Positions 52,102 through 64,000 of a stretch of 64,000 nucleotides of DNA are shown piece after piece. Source of the DNA: Lama glama (Eukaryota); the NCBI GenBank assembly GCA_028534125.1, contig CM052817.1, positions 64,916,001 through 64,980,000 on the forward strand, given 5' to 3'. The notes under the pieces were generated by a model. It searched no databases. It had not been told where the DNA came from and saw nothing but the letters and a program-made list of their open reading frames with translations. The translations under genes and the position numbers were made by a program. Position 1 is the stretch's first letter, and each line of letters opens with the position of its first letter.

Positions 52102-54199
52102 GTAAGTGTGAGCAACTGCATTGTGTGGCCAAATACGGGAATAATCATGGCTTAAAAATCTGCTTTCCTTTTGTCTCCAGTGGAAGCTTGAATTCATCTG
52201 AAGAAAGTTTCCAAACTATAAGGGCACTGCTGAGCTATAATGGCAGTAGCCTGATACCGTGCACCTAAGGTGATGCATAATACAACAAGAATTAACGAAT
52301 GATCACCATCCACTCATTTCAAATAAAACATTTATGACGTAAGGACATCTTCTTAAAAGCAGCACCTAGAATGCAGGGGGATAAGGGCCTGACGAAGTTA
52401 GGGGGAAGCTTATGGTATAAGATCATGGACAGGGATCCGAATCTTGGAAATTTGGCCACTTGGTAGCAATATGTTATGTTCATAGGTGAGATATTTTACT
52501 GGGCTCAGTGTTCTGAGAATTGCTGTGAGGACTGAAAAAGGATACCAAGCTCTCTGCCTAAATTAGGAACACTTCTTTACCACACCCCAACCTCCCCTGC
52601 AACTACAGCCAGAAATGAGATAGCACATCTCCAAGGTAGGGTGTAGATCATCTGGCAACATTTTTAATCCAGCAAAGAGAAATCTCATTTATTACATGAA
52701 TCAGTTGGGATGTACAGCCACAGGAATGCCTCTGGGCTCCAGAATTTCCTAATACTTAACCTCTCGTCAGGAGGGCAAACCCTTGGTTTCACACTGTTTG
52801 TAGCTACCAGAAGAGGCTATTCTCTTGGATGTTATTAGTCTTCAGAAGAGTAGAATCATCAAGAACAAAAACCATAATTTACTCAAAGTACAAGATTAAT
52901 TCCTTACTAGTTTCTCAAGTATACCAAAATTGAATTAAGGGAAAAAACAAAATGAAACAAACAAAAAATCATTTTCAAACTTAATTTTGTCTTTTGTTTT
53001 TCTTCTATAAATCATCTAATGTTCCAGGGTAATTTTCTAATGTCCTATGAGATGGAAATTATTTAGAAAGATTACTAATGAAACCAATCATCTTTTCTTA
53101 TGCTGTTACTTTCTCCCCCTACTGTTATCAAACGTTATGAGTCACTAAGATTTTTGATGACTGTTTCCTCATTTTTGTAGGAAAGGTTTATATCTTTGAG
53201 GAATTTGTTTTTCCAACTTTATTATAATGTCACCATTGCAACTCTTTAAAGAAAAAAATCTGACCTCACATTGATATGCTCTCTGCCCTCAGAAACGACC
53301 CGGTAAATCTTTAGCTAAGTACTACTGGCATTTTGTTTTGGAATATCCTCTTAAGATTACATAACCAAATGGGACTTGAAAAAGAGCAAAATATGCATCT
53401 ATTGCTTATTAGAAGGAATGAATAATTTAAAAACTGGTAACACACTGATTAGCCAGAGTTAGAGGTCACTAATGGGTTTTAACACATTTTTTTTTACAAA
53501 TAGGAGGAAAGTGGTAAGCTATGAAAAGTAAGTTCTTTAGCTTACTTGTAAGTCAAAAGATGTTATCGATTAGAACTATTTACTGGTTTTAAAACCGCAG
53601 TAGCGTAACAGTTAGCTTTGTCTAAGTGCTACTCTACTTAACAAGGGTACAAGTAATGAGCAGTTCAGACCTCAGCAAGAGTAACACATAGCATTTCACA
53701 CAAACAATACCATAAAGAGGTGAAATAGAGGGCTCAGGTTATCGCAGAAACTGATTTTCAGTGAGGTCCCAGTACATGCAAAGCAAACACAACTTTTCAG
53801 CACTTCTGGCTCCCTTTCCCCTTCCAAGATCCTGCTGTCAATGAAAATTCTGCGCCATTTCACTGTGGTAGGCAAAGCCTGGCCTCAGATATAATTCCCT
53901 TGGTGTTAGCCATGGAATGAGCTACATGCCCAGAAGCTTGAGGTCGTTCGAGCCAAACGCTAATAGATAAATGCCGTCCTCCTACAGAGGAATTGTACAC
54001 AGGGTCAGCCGGCCTCTATATTTGCCTATGAGAGTCACAGGAGTGTGCAGGGGGCGATCAGGTATGCCGAGGTAAGATACAAAAAGCTTCCTGTGCTTGT
54101 CAGATACACAGGAAAACTTATTTCTGGAAAGAACATCCTCTGTAAGTGTGGATGTTCGGAACGACGAGTGTGGTCTGGGCCTGTGGCCATGTCTTACAG

Positions 54200-54357
54200 C
54201 TCTCGGAGCACTGGCAGTCCATCAGAACACACCTACAGCCTGACAACCTCTCCAAGGCCGAGGCCGTCAGAAGCTTCCTGACGTTTGTTCAGCACCTCAG
54301 GACTGCGAAGAAGGAAGAAATCCTCCAGATCCTAAAGGCTGAGAAGAAGGAAGTACT
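54200..54357 (+). CDS. MTTP: MTTP exon 8 ([27 protein letters not shown]...KAEKKEVL)
   Basis: 158 nt, tacag|CTC ... GTACT|gtgagt. Confidence 0.96.
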
Positions 54358-55140
54358 GTGAGTTCCCTGGGAGCTGCGTGGGGCTGTCTGTAGGAAAGCA
54401 TTTCTGGGTTATTGTTTGTTAAACAAGTAAGATCCATTTTTAACCAACGGTCTCACATTCAAATCAATTGCTTTGTTGTTTTGCATTTGCATTGAACAAT
54501 TACACCACAATGCTGTAATTTAATGGTTACTTGACCAGAAATGCAGTAACAAGTTTTCAGCAGTGTCTCAGAGTGAACTTCTTTTTTTTTTCTTGAGTGT
54601 TCCTGAGGTCCAGACTGGTACATCAGGAAGGGCAGGGCTTCATTCTGACACCATGGTTCGCGTGATGTCTCTGTTATGAAATTGTGCTCCCAGAGCTGTT
54701 AATTTACACTTGAGAAGATTTCAGAGTTGATTATAAAAACAAGGAAAGAGTATGATTTTTTCAATTGAAAATGTGTTTTCATTAACTATCCAGTGATCAT
54801 CCCCATCAAAGCCATGTTTTGAAAAGAAAATGGAGACCTGAGGCAAACAGTCAAAAGAATCCAAAGGAAAGAAATACATACATCATTTGAATATTTGATG
54901 CAAGTGTGCTTTGTTTTACATGCATAATAAAGAGAGTTGACTTAATTCTCAAATTTACTTTGTAAACACAAATACAAATACACTTTGTAAAGACAAGTGT
55001 TTTGGTCTGCAATACAAAAAAGTACAAATAAAACTCTATGATACTAATTATCCTAATTGATGATATAGAACATGGCTCAATTAATTTGCCAAATAGTGGA
55101 AACTAGCCACTAATATAATCAAAAGTAGAAAGTGGCTAAG

Positions 55141-55142
<2 letters not shown>

Positions 55143-55173
<31 letters not shown>
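55143..55173 (+). repeat. (AC)n microsatellite
   Basis: Read directly from the sequence. Confidence 0.95.
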
Positions 55174-55175
<2 letters not shown>

Positions 55176-57253
55176 GCAACAGTAGTCACTGAGTTCAAAG
55201 GACTTAGTTACCCAAGAAAAGGAGAATTTAGCTTTTTTAATCCTGAGAAATCTGTTTATTCTTGATTGTATTTGTTATTTATTTGCCTTGACATTTAAAA
55301 AAACTGGTAGGAATTCTGTATGACTAATTACAAGTTGGGTACTCTCTTCAAAAATAAATATGTAAACTAGAAGTTGAAAGGCATGCAAAATTAAAAATTC
55401 TCAGGCTCTGTTTTAGTCATAGAACTCAAGAATATATTTTAGGGTGACTTATCTGTATGTCAAGAACAAAAATACTGACGAGAACAGTGTAAAAATTAGC
55501 AATTAATTTAGAATTGAGAGTACACTAAACCTTAGTCTTATTTGTAGCCTAAAAATCTTAAGGTGGCAATAGTTTCCATGATTGCATGATGTATTTTTGA
55601 AATCAGATTCTTTATACAATATTGTACCATATAATAGGTAACACACATGTAACACAGTGTAGTAGAAAAGATGGTGGGATAAAATCAGAAGACCTGGTTT
55701 TAAATTCTGACTTCTAAGAGCATATAACCGTTAAGTAAGTCATTTACATTTAGCTTCCCTGAACTTCGCTTTCAACATCTGTGAAATACAGAAAATAATT
55801 CCTACTACTTATTGTAGGATATTGAAAGTCAGGGAGGTGGAATGTAACATTTCCCAAAGGGTCTACTGTGCATATCCTATAATTTGCAGATTATTAGCAA
55901 GTAGGCCGAAAGAAAGAATTCTGTGAACAACTGAGTTTAGAAAGCATTGGGGAAAACCAGGTCAAATAGTTCTCTTTGCTGCAGAAATGTTCAGCTTCTT
56001 TAATCTGATAATATTATGTCTTAAGTTTCCTTAAACATATTCTAAACTTACATGACCTTGAAAAATCCCGATTCTAAAAGTATTTTGTAGCACTAATGTT
56101 GCATGAAAAACACTTTAGGAAATACTGGCTGTAACTAAAGACCATGTACTCCAGAGTAAGAAAAACCTGGGTTCCTGTCCCAGCTATACATTTACCAGCT
56201 AAGGAACCTTGAAACAAATGACTCTGAGTCTGTGTCCTCATGTAGTAAGAGAGAATATTAGTATTAAACTGACAGAGATGTTCAGGGAGGTGGTCGTATT
56301 AATAACAGCATATACACTGTGCCATGCACGATTCTAAATGTTTCACACAGATCATGTAATTCAATCGTCCCAGCAATCCTAAGGTAACTATTGTTTTAGT
56401 TACACGTTTCAGATGAAGTTATAGCAAAAAGAGGTTGCACACCTAAATTTCTAGTGCAGTGCTTGCCTAATAGACACTTAATAAGTATTCTTTCTGTCTC
56501 TGCTTCATTCCTGAAAGGTTTTGTTAGGATCAAAATGATATGGAGCAAGTATATCTTTTTTTAAGTATAAAGTATTAAACACATGTATGGTATGTTTATA
56601 GATGTGGGATAAAATATTTACATATATAATGTGTTCATCACTATGACAACTAGCTTCAGAAATTCTACCATCCCAGACTCAACCAACCAAAGATTCTTGA
56701 TGAGTAGAATATGTAACTGTACTTTCTTGTAGGGGTTCCAGTCTGCTCACACCTAATCATTGTTGCTTTTTGTTGTTTTTTTTTTTTTGAAATGAGCAAA
56801 TCTTCTTTCTTGGATACAAATGAAGGCTAAGAGAACGTCCCATCTTTCCATTCAATAATACTGCCCTAGCTAAATTAAGCATTTGAGAAATATACATATC
56901 TGCAAAGCTAATTAGAGATAGAAGTGATTTGGGGGACCATGGCTTTTCTATATTATGCATACAGAAAAGAATTTTAACCTAACTTATGATATTATTTATA
57001 TAAATTGATTTACAAATCTCCCAATTTTATTTGGCTTAGGCTAATATAGTAAAATAAATTTATATATTCTGAGTATATACTGAGTGAGAAAGGAGAGAGT
57101 TAAGGGAGAGGTTTAAAATAAAATGAGGGGGTCTTTTGGAGAAAGTCACTCATTTTTCTTTTGTTTAAATTAAAATTTGTTTTACTTCTTTAGGAAACTC
57201 AAACTAATGGCATCTATGAATGGTAGCGATTTAAAATTTCCTAAGCACCCTAA

Positions 57254-57460
<207 letters not shown>

Positions 57461-57526
57461 TAAATGGACACTGGGAAAATAAAGGCTCTCAGCTGCTAAA
57501 AAGCTCTTGGGATTCTAAGCAATAAT

Positions 57527-57942
57527 TAAACAGAAAGAGAAAGAAAAATACCATATGGTATCACTTATATGTGGAATCTAAAAAAATAAAATAACACAAA
57601 TGAACCTATTTACAAAACAGAAGCAGACTCACAGACATAGAAAACAAACTTATGGCTACCGGTGGGGAAAGGAGGCTGGGAGGGACAAATTGGGAGTTCG
57701 GGATTTGCAAATATTAACTACTATACATAAAATAGATAAACAACAAAGTCTTACTGTACAGCATAGGGAACTATATTCAATATCTTGTAATAGCCTATAA
57801 TGGAAAAGAATATGAAAAGACATATATATATATATATATGATATAAAGATATATATATATATATGTATATACAACTGAATCACTATGCTGTACACCAAAA
57901 ATTAACACAACATTGTAAACTGACTATACTGCAATAAAAAAA
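57527..57942 (+). mobile_element. L1 3' end fragment in MTTP intron 9 (sense)
   Basis: Clear similarity to the 3' UTRs of the two large L1s (atcacttatatgtggaatct..., gggaactatattcaatatcttgtaa...). AATAAA at 57933. Confidence 0.9.
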
Positions 57943-57951
57943 GTTGCTAGC

Positions 57952-57997
57952 ATCTATGGCCATACCATCCTGAATGTGCCCGATCTCGTCTGATCTC
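57952..57997 (+). pseudogene. 3'-truncated 5S rRNA retropseudogene (5S nt 1-46)
   Basis: atctatggccataccatcctgaatgtgcccgatctcgtctgatctc versus recalled 5S GTCTACGGCCATACCACCCTGAACGCGCCCGATCTCGTCTGATCTC. Followed by A10 and flanked by duplicated aaaaaaagttgctagc. Confidence 0.92.
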
Positions 57998-58795
57998 AAA
58001 AAAAAAAGTTGCTAGCATCAGAATGAAGGCTGAAAGTAGAGCCTTCTGATTATTCATATTTAAATTCTGTTGGACTATTTTCTACCCATTAATCATTAAC
58101 TGTATAGTACATTATTTCACATAACGTCTTCTTTGCAATTCCTCTAAATAACATAAAATACACTATAAAAATTTAAAGATTGTGTTCACCTATCGAATAA
58201 TGTGACATGGGACAAAATTTCACAAGGGAGAAGTCTTGGTTATGCTTGAAAATTTGATTTTAAAAGATTTGTTTCGACTTCAAAAATCTTCATGGTATTT
58301 AATACTCAGTACATTGAAGAGACATAATTCTTTTGATATTAAAAAAGTTATATTGGAAGCAAAAGTTAGAGTTCTCTTGAGTCCAAGATTTAAAAACAGA
58401 AGTGCACTTATTCACCTATGATTTAGAGGAATAGTTCATAATCTTTTTGGAAAATGAACTTGTTTGAGAATCTGATGAAAGCAATGAAGCCCCTCATTTA
58501 CCCATACATAAAATTTTACAGACCATTTTTTGGATTCATTGACCCAGTGAAAACCCAATTCATAAACCTCTCAGGAGTTTACAGACCCATGTTAAAAATA
58601 CCTGGAAAGACTCTATTAACTCTTCAATTCAAAGCTAGGTAGCGAATTTATAAGTGTCCCCAAAGCAAAATTCTGCTTTTGCAATCTAGGAGCATAAAAA
58701 TGATTTCCTCAAGCTTTTAGTTTCTTAACTAAAAATATCCCTTGGAAGTGTTTAAATGTTTTGGTAACCGATTTTTATCCCTGTTTGGCTAATAG

Positions 58796-58903
58796 AGTAA
58801 GTTCAAAGGTTCCTTTGGAAGCAATGACATCAGAGAAACTGTTATGATCATCATCGGGGCCCTTGTCAGGAAGCTGTGTCAGAACGAAGGCTGCAAACTC
58901 AAA
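58796..58903 (+). CDS. MTTP: MTTP exon 10 ([36 protein letters not shown])
   Basis: 108 nt, aatag|AGT ... AAA|gtaagt. Confidence 0.96.
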
Positions 58904-60049
58904 GTAAGTGCAAATCCAGTTCAACGTTTCATGTGTGTAGTTCCAGACCATCTTATCTAGCGTTCACGGTGCTGCCCGCCACTGGTACAGTGCCGCTAGA
59001 TGCCGTCCTAGTCCCCTTTACGCTCCTCTGCTTTGGCCGTTTGCACAGCGGTTATTGCCATCTAACATACTTTATAATTCAGTTATTTATGACATTTATT
59101 TTTTATTTCTGCCTCCTACCGAAGTCTAAGTTCTATACAGAAATAGGTCTTTGTTCCTTCAACACCAGTTGCTTAAAATGTTGTCTGGTACATATATAAC
59201 GTTCAATAAATACTTCTTAAAAAGTGAACAGTCCATTAATCCCCCGTCGATCATCTTTATTGCATGCCTACTATGTACTCAGCTTTGAAAGATATGTATG
59301 ACAGGGTTCTTGTTCTTAGAAAATATTAGATTACTTTCCAGAGCAGACGTTCATTGACAGCAAGTTTGGCTTACAGCTTTGAGTTTTGGTGGTGGAAACT
59401 GACTTCTAGCTACTTCAGAACTTCTCATCTGAGTTTTAATTTCATTCGCTCAAATGCTCTCCACTTGCCCGAGTGACTATCAATTTTTATCTTTCTCATT
59501 AAAAAATAACTAAAGAAAACACTCACTTTATGGATGTAACTAAATATGGAAATTCCAAATGGATTCATATCCAATAAGCTCATCTTTCTATAGTGCAACT
59601 AAAGATATTAAATGTATAAAAATATAGTCTTTTTCCTGTTCACATTTATTATATGGCCAGCTTTCGGTCAGCATTTTTCTTCTATCTCCAAAAGACATCA
59701 CTGTTATTTTCTTTACTGTGTGCTTGCTATTAAAAAACGATACATAGAACATCTTGAAACTAAACAGTTCCAAAAGAGGTAACTCACAACTAGAATGCAA
59801 ACTAAGTCTAAAAAAGATCACCAAAAAAAAAAACCCCCAAAAAAAAACCCCAACAGCATTGAAAATGTTTGAGTTTCAGCTTATTAAGTTCTGGCAGAAA
59901 TCAAATTTGTATGGCTTTTATGACATCAGAGAACTATGACTTCTTATATTTTTCAATTTTCTATAATTATTTGAGGAGCTGGGTTGCTTCAGTAATAATA
60001 TATCAGATATCTTGGTTAAACACAAAACTCACATATAAAAACATCCACT

Positions 60050-61100
60050 CCGCAGTATTTAATGAGTGTTTGTGCTAGGCATGTCTCTAACCCCACAATA
60101 TGAGGATACATATAATATTCTACCATCCTCAAAGAACTCCTAGTCTGTTTATAAATGCAGACAGATTAATAATGATATTGAAACATAAAAGGAGTGCTCT
60201 GAGATTACTGCAGATGTAACTATTCTGTTTTGGAGTGTTGGGGAAGTTTTCACAAAAGGATGATATTAAATAGCTTAGTCTAGGAGAACTTTTCAGGTGA
60301 AGAGACAGTTTTATGGAATAAAGGACATTCTAGGAGAAATAGGGTAACATATGTAAAGGCCCAAATGTGTGGTTGGGAACAGTGAGAAATTCTGTGGGGC
60401 TAGAACATAAAATATATGTTTGTGGGGCAGACAGGTGGGAATGGGGATGCAGGGAAGAGAGCAAGAGAGAAGAGAGGTAGGCTGGATCTTTCCTCATGAC
60501 AAGCTAAGGAGTCTGGCCTTCATTCTATAGAGAGAAGGGAGAATAATGAGGTTTTTAGGTGGTGAAGGACACACTGTGTTTTTTTTATTTAAAAAGAAGC
60601 AAAATGGTATATGGACTGGGTGCCTGCTGCATTAGAACCAGTGAGATCAGTGAGATTGGATTGGAAATGTTTGCAACAATTTGGGCAAGAATTAGTAAAG
60701 GTCTGAATTAATGTAGGTGCAGTGAGGTGAGTGGAGGAGACAGATTCAGGAGCCATTTAGCAGGTAGAGTCAATAGTATGTAAGTGACTGATGGGATGTG
60801 GGGTCTCAGAGGTGAGAATCTAGGTGACTATAAGCTCCCAGGGTAGGATACTAGATGTATACTGATGCACTTAAGTAAAATTTTTTATAGAACCTGGTTT
60901 GGAGGTGGGAGGGAGTTAGAGCTATTAATTTGTTTTGGCCATGCTTGAATTCTTTGGGCCACCAGGTTGAGTTGTCCAACAGGCAGATGTCCACACCCAT
61001 CTACAAGTCCAGAAAAGGAGTTAGGATCACGAATAGAGAGTGGCTGAAACCTTGGGAAGGATGGGATTACCCAAGGGAGGCATATAGCATGAGAAGCAAA
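60050..61100 (-). mobile_element. L2 relic
   Basis: Purine-rich reverse L2 phrases (gtatttaatgagtg...tgtgctaggc, gctaaggagtctggccttcattct). Confidence 0.55.
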
Positions 61101-61619
61101 CAGAACAAAGGATTACTTTTAAAGTTCTTCTGATGTTGGGATGGTCTGGTTATCACATCTTTAAAGTTACCTTGCAGGTAGCTTTAAACTATCCACTATC
61201 ACTGTCATTCACTTTTGTTAATGTTTTTGAGCAACCTTTTACAAAATGCATCTTTGAACATAATGAGACTTGACCACCAAATGGACCATAGTAAGTGTTC
61301 AAATTTTCTTTTCAACTTTCTGCTGTGGAATATTCTTCTATCTCTTTCGCATCTCAGAGGCATCTGGACAGAAAGAAAATAATGTATTCTAAACACAAAT
61401 TTAAGTTATCTACTGGGCACACAATACTTATAACTATCCAAGTGGTACCTGCCATTCTATCAAGTGCTAGATCTTTTCAGCATTTACTTTCATGAAAGCT
61501 GTTACCTTATGACAGTTCAAATGGCAGCTAGACAAGATCACAATGAGTACTAAGCCCATATTTCTTTTTTCTATTTAGTTTTGCTTACATTTTGACCTCC
61601 CTGCATCCCAGTTCATTCT

Positions 61620-63060
61620 TTCCCCAAATTTATATTTGAAAAAATACAAACCTGTGGAAAAGTGGTAAGAATAGCACAATTCCTTGAATATTTGTATACC
61701 TACTTTATCTAGATTTGCCAACTGTTAACTTATTGCCATATTTGAATTATCTCATTCTGTTTTATTTTGTCTTAGTTTATTTTGGTTGAACCCTTTGAGA
61801 GTGAGTTGCAGACATATGACATTTTACCCCTGAAAATTTCGACTTCTCATTACTTGAGTGTCATTGCACCTAGGCGCTTATGATGGGCAAAATACATTTT
61901 TATATTTACTAAATTGCGGGTTCATATTGCTACCTTTAATTCCAATCCATTACTACAAGGTTCTTTCTCTCCTTCCACCATCCAGTAATTATACCTTTCT
62001 TCTCCCACAGCGAGGACCCTGGTTTTTAAGAACATCAATATAATAAATTTATTTGCTCAGTCCTAAAACACACACAGAATAGTTTTGGAATTGCTACACC
62101 AATATCTACAAAAAACAAACTGACTTAAATAAAGATCAAGACTTCATCTCAGTTCTTTTTGTCATTAGAATATATTCCAATAAAGGTATACAGTCAGAGA
62201 ACTATGTTCAAACATTGCTTGGATTAATTCTTTTTTAATTCTCTTCTGTTTTGTTATGTCTTCAATACATTTACATTCATTTGTTTCTGTTTAAATTCAA
62301 TTTTAGCAATCTCTCATCCTTGTTGATTTCATTTTATTTCCTGAATATATAGAATATTAACACAATTCAAAAGTCAAAACTTTATTTTAAAAGTATTCTC
62401 AAAGAGATCTCATTCCTTTTCCTGCCCTCCCTCCCCCTCACTCTCACCTACTTTTTTATGTAAGCAGTATCATTAGTTTTGGGTTCTTCCTGTGGTTTTT
62501 TTTTTTTTTTTTTGCAACAGTAAGCAGATGTACACACACTCATTTCTTTTTTCTTGCATTAAAATATAGCTTTCTATATACACTCTCTTGTATCTCATTT
62601 TTTCCACTTAACGGTATACCCTGGAAATCACCCCACACTGGTTCACAGAGATCTTCCTCCTTTCTTTTACAACTGCATGGTACTCCTTGTTTGTTAAACT
62701 GAGACCCCACAGTTTATTCAACATCTTCTATGTATAGTCACTAGGTGGTTTCCACTATCTTGCTATTACAAATACTGCTTAAATGAATAATCTTAGGTAC
62801 ATTTTCTTTTATTTTTGGAGTTGTAGCTTCAGGGCTAGTGTTGTTGGATCAAAATGCATATGTGTTAGCTTTTGCTGAATTTTCTTCCACGGAAATCATA
62901 ACATTTTACACAATTCACTTACAATGTGTGAAAATGCCTACTTCCTCATAGCCTCAATAACAAAGTATGTTAACCAAACTTATGAATTTAAAAAAATCAA
63001 TCCGATAGTTGAGAAATGGCATTTCTCTGATTACATATGAAGTGTAGCATCTTTCATTCT
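61620..63060 (-). mobile_element. Old L1M-type 3' fragments in MTTP intron 10
   Basis: T-rich sequence with typical reverse L1 3' phrases (tttccactatcttgctattacaaatactgct, gttggatcaaaatgcatatg). Confidence 0.55.
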
Positions 63061-63098
63061 AGTTAGGCGCCTTTTATATCTCCCCTCATCTCTCCCAC

Positions 63099-63102
<4 letters not shown>

Positions 63103-63139
<37 letters not shown>
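63103..63139 (+). repeat. (GT)n microsatellite
   Basis: Read directly from the sequence. Confidence 0.95.
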
Positions 63140-63142
<3 letters not shown>

Positions 63143-63924
63143 AGTACCTGCAGCCTGATTTCAGAGTTTATAAATCCTTTCGATGAATTAGGTCTTAGGA
63201 ACCTTTATTTTGAAGATGATACTGAAGCCCCTAAAACATATGTAGTAGGAAATGTAAAATGAGAGCCTAGATGTCCTTATTTCTAATTTACTTTTCCATT
63301 AAGCTATTAACTTGTACTCAGTTCCTTTTTTTCTTCCCCTAGGCCAGAAAAAGAGCCCTTTTCTGATTAAAGAGCGTGTTTGAAAAGAACCAAACCAAGG
63401 TTGCTACATAAAAGGCATTAAAAAAGGCCTTTCAAGCAGCATGTTAGCATTAATGAAAGTTGGAATCAAGTGGAAACAAGCACTTTTTAAACATTTAGAA
63501 CAAAACCTTACTGTCAAGTGCTAAGTGCTTTCACCAAAGTTGTTACTAAAGAAGTGTGTGCCACCACCTAGGCACCATCTAACCATTGCTTTAGAAATTT
63601 CAACAAATGGGCTGTCTTAGGAATCATCAATCACAAGGGAATTTTAAAAACGATTTTCATACGTTCAGAATGTGTTCAAAAGTAAATATGTCTGTTATTA
63701 ATTACCCTCATTGCTTCTTAAGAATATGTTAATGTATGCATTTTTTAGAAAAACAACACCACCTTTGTCAAGCTTTCCTTGTTCATTTTCATCATGTACC
63801 TCAGTTAGGTGACCAGTGCAAAACTTTCTAACGTTTTCTTGGACCCAAGTGTAAAGCTGATCTTGCTCAAGCTTTGTTTAGTGTATGGTCATGCATATCT
63901 CTAACGGAGAATGTGATGTTTTAG

Positions 63925-64000
63925 GCAGTGGTAGAAGCCAAGAAGTTAATCTTGGGAGGACTTGAAAAAGCAGAGAAAAAGGAGGACACCATGATGTACT
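63925..64000 (+). CDS. MTTP: MTTP exon 11, partial (AVVEAKKLILGGLEKAEKKEDTMMY...), runs off the window
   Basis: tttag|GCA acceptor, in frame with exon 10. Confidence 0.94.

Noticed and set aside
59920..59933. 14-nt match (atgacatcagagaa) to MTTP exon 10
   Set aside because: The similarity does not extend. Matches of this length are expected by chance in 64 kb of AT-rich DNA.

Overview
This is AT-rich mammalian genomic DNA, probably camelid, judged from a tRNA-derived SINE of the vic-1 type and artiodactyl-like MTTP residues. It is the conserved head-to-head TRMT10A/MTTP locus. The minus strand carries the complete TRMT10A CDS: 7 coding exons from 15646 to 708, 1020 nt, 339 aa plus stop, all introns GT-AG and in phase. 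Its non-coding first exon(s) lie in a CpG-rich promoter at about 26.0-27.05 kb. The plus strand carries the MTTP proximal promoter (HNF1, DR1) and coding exons 1-11 from 35251 to the window end; exon 11 is cut off. The introns hold two large degenerate L1 elements with target-site duplications (TSDs), a solo ERV1-type LTR, several tiny L1 3' ends, a 46-nt 5S rRNA retrocopy, and MIR/L2/MER/MLT relics. I see no evidence for a wholly new biological system. The best leads are a decayed, MIR-overlapping remnant resembling the rodent MTP-B first exon, a candidate 60-nt poison exon in an L1 5' end beside TRMT10A exon 3, a 5S fragment retroposed into an L1 tail, and a sense LTR upstream of MTTP. Gene identities, repeat family names and reference sequences come from recall, not from a database search. 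Boundaries of old repeats are approximate.
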